Assembly (NCBI GenBank): GCA_963823665.1
Contig: CAWGMQ010000003.1
Span: forward strand, 1,536,001-1,600,000
Direction: 5' to 3'
DNA length: 64,000 nucleotides
DNA from: an uncultured Planctomycetota bacterium
GTDB lineage: Bacteria > Planctomycetota > Planctomycetia > Isosphaerales > Isosphaeraceae
Position numbers and translations under genes: made by a program. Shown here one piece after another: positions 49,621-61,070 of this stretch. How positions within the stretch are numbered: the first letter of the stretch is position 1; each line of letters opens with the position of its first letter. A model generated the notes under the pieces. The model ran no database searches, was not told the DNA's origin, and saw nothing but the letters and a program-made list of their open reading frames with translations.

Positions 49621-52600
49621 CGGACTGCGTGATACGGAATTCAACTTCCGACCAGAGGGATTGCCAGGCCTTGCGCTCGGGATCGGGTAGCTTCGACAGC
49701 AAGGGCACGTCGCGGATGGCGGCCAGATCGGGGTCTTGCTTCCAGAATGCCAGAGTCTTCGCGGCCAGTTCCTTGTTGCCGGGATCGGCTGACTCGGAGA
49801 GGCGCTTCCAGGCTGCCAGCTCGGCCCGGAGCCATTCGAGGGCCTGGCGGCGGAAACGGGGTTTTTCTGCGTCATCGGGTTGCGGGTCGTCCTTGCTTTT
49901 GCCTGTGCCCGCACGGGCGGCGGCGCAGGCTGCGTTGTAGGCGTGCTGGGTGCGGCGGTCGGTGGCCAGATTGGGATCACTTGCTAGAGCTTCGGCGAAG
50001 AGCCGGACGGCCAAGGCGTAAAACGCGGCGGGCGTGGGCACGATTTGCGAGCTCGATTCGCTCGGAGGCGTCCCTGGGCGTTTGGGTTCGATTGATGATG
50101 CTCTCGAGCCGAGCGTCGATGGCGGCGAACCGGGGGTCGGGGATGCCTAGCTCGTCGAGCTCGCGCTTGGCCTTTGCGGCCTCGTCGGATCGGCCTGTAC
50201 CTTCCGCGGCCGCGATCAAATTGGACAGATGGTTTGCCATGTACCGCCGATAAGTCGGGTGATTGGGGTTGACTGCCAGCGCCTTCGCTGCCAGGCGATC
50301 GCCCGATTGAGTGTGTTCCGTGACTCGTCGAGCTGGCGCTGGTCCGCGTGGACCAGGGCCATGTTGTTCAAAGTGCCGCCGAGATTGCTGGCGAAGTCTG
50401 TTATATCGGGATGCTCGCGGGCGAGCATTTCCCAGATCGCGCAAGCTTGTTTGTAGGAAGCCAGCGCTTCCGCCGGGTGACCCAGCGTACGCTGCACCAT
50501 GCCGATGTTACCGTGGTTCTCGGCAACGCGGTTACGAAACTCTGTGACGGACGGGTTCTCGCGCACCAGACGGTCCAGAATCTTGCCGGCCTCGTGCGCC
50601 CAAACAAGTGCCTTTTCCGGTTGGCCCGTGTCTCGGTGCAGCTCGGCGAATTTCCAGTAGGTGAAAGCCAGGCTGATCTGGAACTCGGTAACCGATCGGT
50701 GCTCCTTCGTCAGCTTCTCCTGGATCGCAATCGCCCGCTCGAGCGACACCAGTGCCTTCGCCGACTGGCCCGTCGCATGGTACATGATGCTGATGTTGTA
50801 GTAACTCGCGGCCAGTTGGTTCTGGAAGTCGGTGACCGACGGGTTCGCTCGCGCGAGGCGATCCTCGATATCGCAGGACTGCTCGAGCGACGCCAGAGCC
50901 TCCGCCGTTTGTCCCATGTGATAAAACTCGTTGCCGATGTTGTTGAAGCACATGGCCAGGCGGCTCTGGAAGTCGGTGACGGATGGGTTTTCGCGAACGA
51001 GTCGTTCGAAAATCACTCGGGCCCGCTCGGGCCAAGCAAGCGCCTCCTCGACACGACCCATCGCGCTGTGCACGCTGCCTAGATTCACGTAGCTCTCCGC
51101 CAATCTGTTGTGGAAGTCGGTGACCGACGGGTAGTCGCGCACCAGGCGCTCCCAGATCGCACGCGCCTGTTCACGCGACGCCAGAGCCTTCGCGAGCAGA
51201 CCCATCTCCTGCTGCAAACCGCCGATGTGCGTGTGGCTCGCGCCCAGATGCGCTGGAGCTCCTTGGCCGACGGATTCTCGCGAACCAGGCGCTCCAGTAT
51301 CGGCAGCGCTTCCTCGTGGGCGCAGAGCGCGTCCTGCTTGTCGCCGATTTCATTGTTCAACTGGCCGAGCTCGAAGCTGGCCATCGCGAGGCGTTCCAGA
51401 GACCCGGGCCGGGTGTCGCGGTCGGCTTCAAGCTGCTCGCGAAGCACGCGGAAGAATGCCAGCGGCTCCTTCAGAAGACGCTTGCGCAAATCTTCGAGAC
51501 TCGGGTTGTTCTTGAGCATGGGCTCCTTGGCGACGGCGTCTCGGAACTTCTTCACGGCGTCAATCGCCTGGGTCTCGCGGTCCAGGGCGCGCTTTCGCTG
51601 CTCGTCTAACTTGGTGTTGGTCTCCTGGAGCTCGTCGTTCTTTTTTGCCAGGAGCCGGTTGGCATTCGTCTGCACGGCGAGCACAGCCGCCGTGCCTCCG
51701 ACCGCCGCCAGCAAGACCGCCGCGGCCAGTGACGCCACGGCGGGTTTTCGCTTGCACCAAAGCCAGGCCCGCTCGGCGGCGCTGACCCGGCGCGCGGCGA
51801 TGGGCCGGGAATGGAGCCAATGTTCGAGATCGACGGCCAGCTCATGGGCGGATGCGTACCGCCGGCGCGGTTCTTTCTCAAGACACTTCAGGCAGATCGT
51901 CTCGAGATCGCCCGGGATTCTGGCGTTTCGCTGCCTGGGCGATTCGGGCGCACGGGTGCGCACGGCGTCGAGCGTCTCGATCAGGCTGTCGCCCCCGAAG
52001 GGTGCCTTGCCGGTGAGCATGGCGTAGAGGACTGCGCCCAATCCGTAGACGTCGGTCGCCGTGGTGATCGAGCCGCGGTGGCCGGAGGCCTGCTCGGGGC
52101 TCATGTAGGCGGGGGTGCCGAGAATCGCGCCGGAGACGGTCATCTCGGCATCGCCCTCGACGCGCTTGGCCAGGCCGAAGTCGGTCAAGTGGGGGTGACC
52201 GTCGGCATCGATCAAGATATTCGCCGGCTTCAAGTCGCGGTGGAGAATGCCGCGCATGTGGGCGTGGTGCACGGCTTCGGCGGCCTCGGCCAGTAGCGTT
52301 GCCGCGGCGCGGGGGTTTTCCTTGAAGGAATCAAGCCCGTCGGCGAGGCTGCCCCCCTCGACGAGCTTCATGCTGAAGTAGCGCTGGCCGTCGTGCTCGC
52401 CGACCTCGTGCACCGGCACGATTCCGGGATGATCGAGCAGTGCGACGGCCTCGGCTTCGTTCTGGAAGCGCTGGACTTCGGCGTCGCCGGCCAGAACACC
52501 GGCCTTGATCATCTTGAGGGCGACCGGGCGGTTCAGGCTGACTTGCAGGGCCTTGTAGACGACGCCCATGCCGCCGCGGCCCAGCTCTTTCTGGAGCTCA

Positions 52601-52948
52601 TAATCGCCGAAGTAGCGGACGAGGTCGCCGGGAGCGGCGTCGGTGCCGGCGCTGTGCGCGTCGGTCGTCTGGAGGGGGTCATGACGGCCGGCCGTGTGAT
52701 CACCGGTGACCTCGACGGCTGCGGCGGCGGTGGCTGGCATGTCGGTCTTGTGCGCCCCAGTGGCGGTCCATTCGACCTCCGTGGGGCGAGGCGATTGGCC
52801 GGCGGGGTCGGTTGCGGCAAGGTTGTGCGGCGGGGAGGCCGTTTCGTCCTGGTCGGATGCGAGCAACCGGCACCGTGCGCAGAGGCCCTCGGGGACGTCG
52901 GCGGGGTTCGAGTGCGCCACAGATCGGGCAACGGTTCGTGTCGGACAT
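49601..52948 (-). CDS. Ser/Thr protein kinase with TM and long TPR array (frameshifts near 52900, 51240, 50280, 50030)
   Basis: MSDTNRCPICG..GLCARC; GRGGMG, HRDLKPAN, DFG, GTPAYMSPEQ; repeated LVRENPSVTDFQ..LA TPR units; C-terminal YNAACAAARAG..RRQALEWLRAEL. Confidence 0.9.
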
Positions 52949-53115
52949 CGACAGGTCCTTGGTCTAAGTCGGATTCATGTCGGGTGCGAGCAGGTGAGGG
53001 CACTGTCCATAATCGGCCGGATTTGAAAGAATCAAAGTGATGGCTGCGGTATCGGTTGTTATAACCCAGGGCCCGGCGCGATGCGAATCGGGAACTGGGC
53101 GTGTCGAGGACTTCC

Positions 53116-53679
53116 ATGATCGCCTGGTCAGAAATCTTTGGGCAAGCGCTTGAGTACACCTCATTCCTCGACCGGTATGCTAGCGCGGCCCAGCGCCAGC
53201 GCTGGGATGGGATGCACGATCGGTTCGCGCTCACAGCGGAGCAGTCTCATCTCCTTGCTGGTTTCTCGCGCCGCATGCCGGTGCTTTGCCTGGCGGGAGC
53301 GTGGTGTGGCGACTGCGTGAATCAATGCCCGGTGTTCGATCATTTCGCGCGGGCTTCCTCGCAGATCGAGCTTCGCTTCCTCGATCGAGATGCCCGGCCG
53401 GAGGTTCGTTCTCAGCTTGAGATCAACGGCGGGCAGCGTGTTCCGGTGGTGGTGTTCCTGAGTGAAGACTGGTACGAGGTGGCGCGGTTTGGCGATCGAC
53501 CGCTCTCCACCTATCGCCAGATGGCGGCCCAGGCATTGGGCGCTGCGTGCCCGAGCGGGTCGTTTGCACCGCCGGCGGAGACGATGGCGACCATCACACG
53601 GGATTGGTTGAACGAATTCGAGCGGGCGCAGCTTATCCTTCGGCTGTCGCCGCGGCTGCGGGGGCGATACGGGGATTAG
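53116..53679 (+). CDS. Thioredoxin-family protein
   Basis: GAWCGDC; INGGQRVPVVVF. Confidence 0.9.
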   Translation: MIAWSEIFGQALEYTSFLDRYASAAQRQRWDGMHDRFALTAEQSHLLAGFSRRMPVLCLAGAWCGDCVNQCPVFDHFARASSQIELRFLDRDARPEVRSQLEINGGQRVPVVVFLSEDWYEVARFGDRPLSTYRQMAAQALGAACPSGSFAPPAETMATITRDWLNEFERAQLILRLSPRLRGRYGD

Positions 53680-53713
53680 GGAGATTCCGGCAACTCTTCG
53701 CATGTGCGACCGA

Positions 53714-54950
53714 TCAAGGCCGTGCGGGCGCGGCGGCGGGGTTCATGCCCTTGCCCTGAGACTCGGCCTCGCGTCGCAAGACCTGCAAGATCAGCCACAT
53801 CCGCCAGTCGATTCGGGCGCCCAAGGAGTTATCCTTCGGCTCGTTCTCCTTGGATGAATCGATCCAAGCGGTGGCTTTGTCTAGCCATCGCCGCGCCTCG
53901 CCGGTGTTGCCCAGGTGCTGATGGGCCATGGCCAGGAAGAGCCAGTCCCTGGGGTCACCGCCTTTTTGTTGAGCTTTCATTCCTGCGTCCAGAAGCTCGA
54001 CCGCCGCCTCGAACCGGCCGGCGCGATAGGTCGCGGCCCCGAGGAACAAGAAGGGAACACGGAGATCGGCCTCGGTCTTCGCCGTCGCGGCACTCTGCGC
54101 CAGACGCTCGATCGCCTCGCGAGGGGCAGTAGCGTCCGGAGCCAGAGCACAGGCGAAGACCAGAAGAGCGACTGTGTCCTTGGGGTCGTTGAGCCGGCTG
54201 TGCAGGTCGAGAAGCGTGGCGCACGAGCGACGATAAGCCCCCATGTCGTTCGCGGTGAGCATCTGGGCCAGACGAATCCAGTCATCCGATTTTCGGTCGT
54301 CGCTGATCGGGAGATCCCAAACCCGCGCCGTCTTATCCTCACTAGCGGTAACGATGCGTCGGCCGTCCGGACTGAACGCAGCGTCGTTCACCAAGCCATC
54401 ATGCTTCATCGGCGGCGTGATGAGCTGGCCCGTTTCGATGTCCCAGACTCGCGACTCTCTGCCCCACTGGAAACGATGCGTCGGCCGTCCGGGCTGAACA
54501 GCGCGCTACTTAGGGACCAGCGGATGGAGTGACCAGCCCGGCACCGGGGCGGGATCCGTATGAGGATCGCCTAGGGCATCGAGGTAGAGCCGGCCCGGAC
54601 GTGGCAGCGCGGAGGCTTCGGACTCGTGGCGTTCCACCGATTCGAGCCGGCGAAAGGTCTCGCCCGCCATCTCGCAGCGCTCGATCGGCCAGGCACCGGA
54701 CACCTGGCGGCGGACGTCGGCGACGTAGACCAGCCGACGGCCGGCGAGCACATCGAGCCGGGCGAGAATCTCGCCCACGCCGAGCAGGATGGCTTTGCCG
54801 ATCCGGTCGTAGAACGCGGCGTCGCGCTGGCCCGGGGCGCCGTGGCCAAGCTCCTGGTTGCGGTAGCGGACCATCCGCTCGAACAACTCGCTGAGTCGGA
54901 CCGTGACCCGGCCGCCGGTGGTGCCATCGAGGGTTTCATGGATGCGGCAC
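53714..54950 (-). pseudogene. Internally deleted remnant of a large WD40/TPR signalling protein
   Basis: A fragment with YRNQELGHGA (54506-54950) abuts one to two WD40 repeats (AFSPDGRRIV twice) and a C-terminal TPR tail (DWLFLAMAHQHLG..LQVLRREAE). No proper start. Confidence 0.6.
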
Positions 54951-55044
54951 GATGCGGAGAGCTTGTTGAAACGTGGGTATGATGTGGCAGGATCTATGGG
55001 ACCAGAGCAACGGGTTCGAAACGACTTCGCGCAATTGACGCTTA

Positions 55045-55096
55045 GCGCGCCGCGGAGCGGCACGAAGACCGTTTCGACGCGGAGCGTCGGAACGAG
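55045..55096 (+). repeat. Family C double-hairpin repeat
   Basis: GCGCGCCGCGGAGCGGCAC...CGTTTCGACGCGGAGCGTCGGAACGAG. Confidence 0.85.
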
Positions 55097-55156
55097 GAAG
55101 CGTCGATTCGTGGGGTTTGCTCGTTCGCGAACGGATTGATCTCAAGAAGAAATGCA

Positions 55157-55531
55157 ATGCTGGCCAAACGCATTTACCGAATCCTGTTCGCGGTCTGGGG
55201 CCTTGTGGGTGTTTTCGCGCCCATGATGATGATGGAATTCGGTCGTGGTGGGGGATCAGTGATCGTCGCGTGGTTTGCATCTCTTCCCCTCATTCTGCCC
55301 GCCGTCCTCTTCTGGATCGTCGATAGCCGATTTGGAACGCGGCATGTCACCGAGGGGCTGTTCTGGGGGAGCGCGCACAGCCCTCCGTTTCTGACGCCTG
55401 CGGGCATCGCGGTCGTCTATTTCATCCCGGCGATTATCGGCATTGCTTGGTCGTTTCGACGGCCGACTGTGACGGAGACGAAGTCACGCGAGGTTCCGTA
55501 TTCGCCGGGTGGAGATCGGGGCATCCGGTAA
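55157..55531 (+). CDS. Hypothetical three-TM membrane protein
   Basis: Three hydrophobic segments. Confidence 0.6.
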   Translation: MLAKRIYRILFAVWGLVGVFAPMMMMEFGRGGGSVIVAWFASLPLILPAVLFWIVDSRFGTRHVTEGLFWGSAHSPPFLTPAGIAVVYFIPAIIGIAWSFRRPTVTETKSREVPYSPGGDRGIR

Positions 55532-55545
55532 GATGGACGCGCTGC

Positions 55546-56409
55546 TCACCGGGGATCGGCAGATGGGTGTGGAGATGCCTCTGCTGACCTACGGAGCCGG
55601 GCTTCGACCGCGGTGAGCGAGTTCTCGATGCGCTGGGCTAAATCGGACCCGGGTTGGGCCTTGTCGCGTGCTTTTCGCAATTCGGCGATCGCCGCATCGA
55701 GATTTCCGTGGGCCGCAAGGGCGCACCCAAGGTTGAACAGAACGCTGGGATTCTCGGGCATGTACCAAGTGGCATTGCGGTATTCGCCGATTGCCTCGGC
55801 TAGCTTGCCCTGGGCTTGCAAGGCGCTGGCGAGGTTCGTGTGGAACTCGCCAACATCCGTCTTGATCCGGATCGCCTCCCGGTAATGCGCAGTCGCCTCA
55901 TCGAGCTTACCTTGATCAGCAAGGATGACTCCGAGATTGTGGTGGGCGAGTGCGTTGTAGGAATCAAGGCCGATCGCAACGCGGTATTCCGCGAGTGCCT
56001 CTTCGAGGTTCTGTTTTCTTTGGAGGGCGACGGCGAGCAGGTAGTGCGCTCCGGCTTCGTGCGGCTTGGATTTGATCACGCGACGGAGTTCTTTGATCGC
56101 CTCGGTCAGCTTGCCCTGGCGAAGGAGGTCGGCGCCCTTCTCCGGCACGAGCGAGCGCTTCGGTGTGGGAATTGGCGGACGATCCCGTGCGGATGAAATC
56201 ATGGAAGAAAACAGGATGATGATCAGGATTACCCAGAATCCCGAGAGCTTGCGGCGAGGGCGATCCATCCGAGGCGGGAGAAGTGGTGGAGCCGCGGTCT
56301 TGCCAGGCATGGCGTCTGACCGCACGCAGCGCGAGCAGAACGGCGCGAGGTCGTCGGGCGCGAATGGGGCGCCGCAGCGCGGGCAGGTGCCGAGGTTTTG
56401 GTTATCCAT
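55546..56409 (-). CDS. Membrane-anchored TPR protein with N-terminal Zn-ribbon
   Basis: CPRC..CSRC, TM, about five TPRs (AHHNLGVILADQGKLDEA). Confidence 0.85.
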   Translation of the reverse strand: MDNQNLGTCPRCGAPFAPDDLAPFCSRCVRSDAMPGKTAAPPLLPPRMDRPRRKLSGFWVILIIILFSSMISSARDRPPIPTPKRSLVPEKGADLLRQGKLTEAIKELRRVIKSKPHEAGAHYLLAVALQRKQNLEEALAEYRVAIGLDSYNALAHHNLGVILADQGKLDEATAHYREAIRIKTDVGEFHTNLASALQAQGKLAEAIGEYRNATWYMPENPSVLFNLGCALAAHGNLDAAIAELRKARDKAQPGSDLAQRIENSLTAVEARLRRSAEASPHPSADPR

Positions 56410-56602
56410 GGTGTCGGGGCCTGTCAGTCTCGGAGCGTGGATCAATTCGGAGCTTAGAGCATTATAGCCGAGACCGATCAGGAATCTGGCATCGCTACTG
56501 AGCATTTCTGTCTCGGCTTCGATGAGAATTGTGAGTCGCTGGTAGAATCAATGGTCGGAGCCGGCGGGCCAATTCATCTCGCTACTTCATGAGAGGTTCC
56601 GT

Positions 56603-57281
56603 ATGCGACAGCGGTCGCCGATCGCGGCAGGGCTTCGGCTGGTTCAGAAGATACCGTTCATTCTCGGGTTGCTGTTGCTCTGGGCTGGCCTGTTGCTCCT
56701 TCTGCTTGTATTTGCGACGGCGGGGATGAATAATTCCGCGCTCGATGGCTGGGGACTGCCCCGCGCCGTCTTGAGGGGCGAATTGTTGCCTGCCACGCTC
56801 GGAGCACTGGTGCTCACCGTCGCCGGTTTTCTCCTTGCTCAGATGCGTCCCGGAGAGTCGCCGACTGCCCTTACAATCGACGTGCAACGCCGTTCGGGCG
56901 AAGATCTCGTCCGGAATGCGTCCACGGTCGCAATTCACGCTCAGGCGGGTGATGCTGTGGGTGGCGATCGCGGCGATCGCTTCTTTCATCGTTTTGGAAA
57001 TCTTGGATCCGTTTCCGCCGCGCAGCAAGACGGTTGACATTCTGGTTGGTGCCGCTGTGTCGGGAGCGTTCGGCGTGGGAGCGGTCCGTCACCCTCGTAT
57101 CTTTCTCGCGATCGCTATTGTGGTCTGGATATTTGCGCCTGTCATTCACGACGGGTTCAATGCGGCGACGCTTTCCGCTGGAGGATCGGCGCTTGCCTGG
57201 ATGATCGGTGCTCCGGCTGGATACTATTCTCGACGGCGAGAAAGGCGTCAGAATTCCCAGGCCGCCAAGAGGAAAAAGTAG
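56603..57281 (+). CDS. Membrane protein(s): either two overlapping ORFs or one frameshifted gene; the second part begins QFTLRRVMLWVA (ATG 56916)
   Basis: Hydrophobic segments in ORF 56603..57037 and ORF 56835..57281. Confidence 0.5.
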
Positions 57282-57475
57282 GCTCTAACGTGGCTAGTGA
57301 GGAAAATACCGGCCCATGTACCAAAAAAGATAGGCGACCGCAAATCCGGTAATTATCAGAAAGATACCTGAAGCGATGGCTGTGCCGCCACGAAGAGTTG
57401 TGCTCCGGGTTAGCCTGACCTTTTGACTCACGACAACGACGATTCCGACAGTATTGTCCCGGGACCAGATTGGCA

Positions 57476-57859
57476 TCAACCAGGAGCGTGACCACCGTTT
57501 CTCTCCGCATCTTCCTGCCGGCGGCTGCGCAGTTTTTCTCGCAAGCGCTCGATGCGCTCTTCTGCAGGATCCGCACGGTCGATTTCGTGATACAGGCCCC
57601 GGGCTTTCTGCTCCGCGATTTCTTTCTTGATGCGTTCCTCGACGTAGCGATCTTCCTCGACCAGCTCGTCGTGATGTTCCTTCACGTACTCGACAACGGC
57701 GTCGAATTGATCGCGGGTCAAGCTGGGCATAGCACGGTGAATGAAGTCGAAATCGTGGCCGCGTTGCAGGTAGTAAAATACATCCAGCACCGTCAGCCGA
57801 TGTCCTTCGATCTGCGGGCCGCGACCGATATCGACGATACGCACCGAATTCGTGATCAT
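57476..57859 (-). CDS. DUF433 (VapB45-like) antitoxin
   Basis: GRGPQIEGHRLTVLDV...LTRDQFDAVVEY. Confidence 0.85.
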   Translation of the reverse strand: MITNSVRIVDIGRGPQIEGHRLTVLDVFYYLQRGHDFDFIHRAMPSLTRDQFDAVVEYVKEHHDELVEEDRYVEERIKKEIAEQKARGLYHEIDRADPAEERIERLREKLRSRRQEDAERNGGHAPG

Positions 57860-57944
57860 TGGGTCTTTCTGAAGTGATGAGTAGGGCAATCGAATTCATC
57901 TTAGAGTAGAGCGGAGTAGAATGGCAGCTCAGGTTCCCGATGGT

Positions 57945-59141
57945 TCAATCGGCACGTCGCGAGACGGACTTGATCACCTGCGTCCAGCGGCGGAACCACT
58001 TGTTTCCCAGGTCGCTCATGACATGAGTTGATTGGAGCCGAATCTGCTCGAGCTGCTTCAGGTTTTCTCGACCGGCAGAGGCTGATATCGACTCGATGTC
58101 GCCTTGCAGGCCGTTTGCTCGTTCGGCTTCATCGAGCGCCTGCTGTAACTCGGCCTTGCTCTGCTTCGGGAGGCTTCTGTCCAGCGGCTTTCTCCTCGAG
58201 AGGAGATGTTCGATCGCCGCACGCATCTCGTTTCGTACGTCCTCGTGCTTTTCTTTCGAGATCGCGGCTTCCAAGGCGGGTAGTGCGTCTGTCGAGCCGA
58301 TCTCATACAGAGCGTGCGCAGCGCAAAACCGTGACCGGAGCTCGAGACTTCCGAGCATCTGGGTGATCGGCTTGATCGTATCTTCCGCGCCGAGCTGGCC
58401 GAGCGCGAAGGCCGCTCCGGCTGATCCGACGTCGTCGGCCCTCAACATTTCAAGCAGCGCGGGTTTGGCATTCCTGTCCATGAAATACCCGAGCACGATG
58501 GCGGCGTTATTGCGGACGAAGGGGTCGTCATGTTTCAGCATCGGGTAGAGATACGGTATGACGTCGCGTCCGTAGCTCAGGAAGACGTACGCAAGACATT
58601 CACTTGACGGGATAGCCCAGGCGTGGAGTGGCAGATTGAGCTGCCCATCGTGCACGTGAAGCATCGAGAAAACTGCCGGCAAGTACTCGGGCCGGCGCTT
58701 CGACGCCAGCTCGCGAGCGGAATAAAAAACCGGCTCGAACGTCGCATCGACCTTCGTGGCTCTCGCCAGGGCCCAAACGAGGAAGGGCTCTCCCTTGTCT
58801 TTCTCGAGCTGCTTGATCGTGCTGGCGATCATGATTCGTTCCCAGTCATCCTTGCTATTGCGCATGAGCGAAGCGCCCGCAGCGCACGTCGCCTGCGGAA
58901 TTGCTTCCAAAGTCTTGTAGGCCGCATCGACGCTCCGCTCGGCCTGCTGTTGCTCGGCCTCGGTCTTGTATTCCCGCTCGGGGCGGTGGCTGCAAAGCGT
59001 TGCCCATGCTTCGGACGCACGCCGCTTGGCGTCGGGAGCCGCGCTCTGCCAGGTTTCCCAGTTCGGCTCGGCGATCGGCGGCAAGGCCTTTGCGGCGGGC
59101 TGGATGGCCGTTAACGCGACGACTGTGACGAGAATGAGCAT
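57945..59141 (-). CDS. Exported HEAT-repeat protein
   Basis: Signal peptide; VRNNAAIVLG, AAFALGQLG, AAHALYEIG. Confidence 0.75.
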   Translation of the reverse strand: MLILVTVVALTAIQPAAKALPPIAEPNWETWQSAAPDAKRRASEAWATLCSHRPEREYKTEAEQQQAERSVDAAYKTLEAIPQATCAAGASLMRNSKDDWERIMIASTIKQLEKDKGEPFLVWALARATKVDATFEPVFYSARELASKRRPEYLPAVFSMLHVHDGQLNLPLHAWAIPSSECLAYVFLSYGRDVIPYLYPMLKHDDPFVRNNAAIVLGYFMDRNAKPALLEMLRADDVGSAGAAFALGQLGAEDTIKPITQMLGSLELRSRFCAAHALYEIGSTDALPALEAAISKEKHEDVRNEMRAAIEHLLSRRKPLDRSLPKQSKAELQQALDEAERANGLQGDIESISASAGRENLKQLEQIRLQSTHVMSDLGNKWFRRWTQVIKSVSRRAD

Positions 59142-59543
59142 GGTGGTGAAACCTGAAACCGAGAGCCAGGAAGGAACAGATGACTGCCGCGTTGTAGACT
59201 ATTCGCAACTTCTCCCAGGCGACAAAGACGCGATGAGCTGGCACATCTCCGAACTGCTTCCAGGCGAAAACGAGGCGTGAGTCGGCCGTGGGATCGATCC
59301 CGTCAGTTGAGCAGGGTGTGGTCGAGAAGCCTGAACGATCTGGCTCACTGAGTCAGATGTTCGATTCTATCATTTCGTCGGGATTCGGACTCGATCGTTC
59401 TGGCCTTCCATCGCGATGGCCTTTGTGGTTTCGGAACGACGTTGCACGCGCTTTTCACGAACGATCGTGCTTCGCTCGGATGCCGAGAATGCCAGAAGGC
59501 GCATGGCCAAGCGCGGATGGCGTGCGGGGAAGTCAGACGTCAA

Positions 59544-59631
59544 GCGCGCCGCGGAGCGGCACAAACACCGTTCCGACGCGGAGCGTCGGAACGAGGGACA
59601 AGGGACACACTTTCGCGGAGCGAAAGGCGAC
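59544..59631 (+). repeat. Family C repeat (59544-59595) followed by family D palindrome CTTTCGCGGAGCGAAAGGCGAC (59610-59631)
   Basis: The family D unit recurs identically at 63174-63195. Confidence 0.85.
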
Positions 59632-59889
59632 ACTGGGGTGCGGATCCAGGTTGATCGCTGGTTCGACGTGACCTTGCAGCTCGCAGCGAGCGGCGCACCA
59701 GTTTGCGGATGTCGGGGGCGATCGTCTCGAGGAGGTTTTCCACGGCTCCAGCAGGCGGGTCGATTGCGACCAGCGCGTCGGCAAGGGCTTCTGAGCCAGT
59801 ACAAGTGACCTCGGCATTCCGGATCGCGTCGCGGACACGTCGGTATCAGCCAGTTGAGCATCGTCGGGAGCACCTACGCACCTACCTTA

Positions 59890-60820
59890 TCATGGAGTGC
59901 TCGTCGGCTCGGACCCGTGTCGCTCGTACCAACGGAGCACCCGAAGTGCGCGGAGTGTGTTCCAGCGACTTGGTTCACCCACGGATTCGCCTAACGGGAT
60001 GGCGAGCGCCTCGTCGTGCGCGACATCGAGGAGCCATCGACCATCGGCCTGCCGCCTGCTGTCGACGACGTGCACGGCATCCTTGACGCGCACGTCGGGC
60101 TGAACGCCGGCGTCCCTGAGGTAGTCGAGCGCACGGAGGATGTCGTAGTGGTAGCGGGGGGGGAACGAGAACTTCAGGAACGCGGGATTCGCGACTTCGC
60201 CGGTCGAGAGTCGTCTGAAGAGGGCTCGCTTGAGCAGGTACTCCTCGCCTCGCCGCCTAGCGGCCGCGATCTCCGGCGGGGACCCGACGGCACGTTCGTA
60301 CTCGAGTAACCCCTCCAGCACGCAGATCGTGGTGTGGTACGACGAGCGCACGCTCTTCGGCGCTTCACAGTTCCAACCGCGGTCTTCGAGCTGCTCGCCG
60401 ACGAGACGGCGCGCGAGGCTCTCTGTCGGGCGCCCGAAGTAGCGCGCCAATCGCGAGCGCGCCTCCATTGATGCACGGCTCTACTTCCCCCTCGAAGAAC
60501 GGCTTCGCGCCGAATTCCTCGTCCCAGCGGAAGCCCGCCTCGAGACGAGCCATCGCGGACTCGACGGCAGGTTCGGCACGGTCGGCGCCGGTCGCGCGCA
60601 GGAGGAGCAACGTGTAGAGGGTCGGCAACCAGACGGGTTCGTCGGTAAGGTGCCACGAGCCGTCCGACCCCTGGCTGGCGAGAATTTCGGCCCCGATCCC
60701 TTCGCGCGGCACGCGGGCGCGCTCCGCGGCGATCGCCGCCGGGGAGGCGTCGGTCAGATCGCGCATCGCCTGCCAGCGTATTGCCGGGTCCGAATCGAGC
60801 AGCCAATCGATGGTATTCAT
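59890..60820 (-). CDS. Prenyltransferase/squalene-cyclase-repeat-like protein (frameshift near 60460)
   Basis: IDWLLDSDPAIRWQ, QGSDGSW, EPCING, GWNCE, FPPRYHYDILRALDY, PSRWNTLRALRVL. Confidence 0.8.
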
Positions 60821-61070
60821 GACGCGATATCGCCTTTTTCGACAGCTTCCACGTGGACAGATGGCGTTTCACCGAGCTCTACCCGTCGTTGAAATGTGAT
60901 AGAGTCCCCCATCGACATTTTCACGCGATCTCTCGATCGTTACCAACGCATCGCGTCTGAGTCAGAGACTCAAAAGCCTTGAGAAGGGTTGGCAAATTGA
61001 TCCGGGACGGTGTGCGCTGGAAGCGCATCCTCCGAGATGCCAAACTGACTCACACTGGCGACGCTGGTTG

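Noticed and set aside
50216..51217. Nucleotide repeats (GAAGTCGGTGAC) as DGR template/variable repeats
   Set aside because: They are codon-level TPR repeats (PSVTDF), and there is no reverse transcriptase.
59142..59870. Additional genes between the HEAT and cyclase-like genes
   Set aside because: Only short fragments (e.g. WEKLRIVYN) interrupted by repeats; no supportable CDS.
59890..60820. True squalene-hopene cyclase
   Set aside because: About 310 aa and no DXDD motif; only QW-like repeats.
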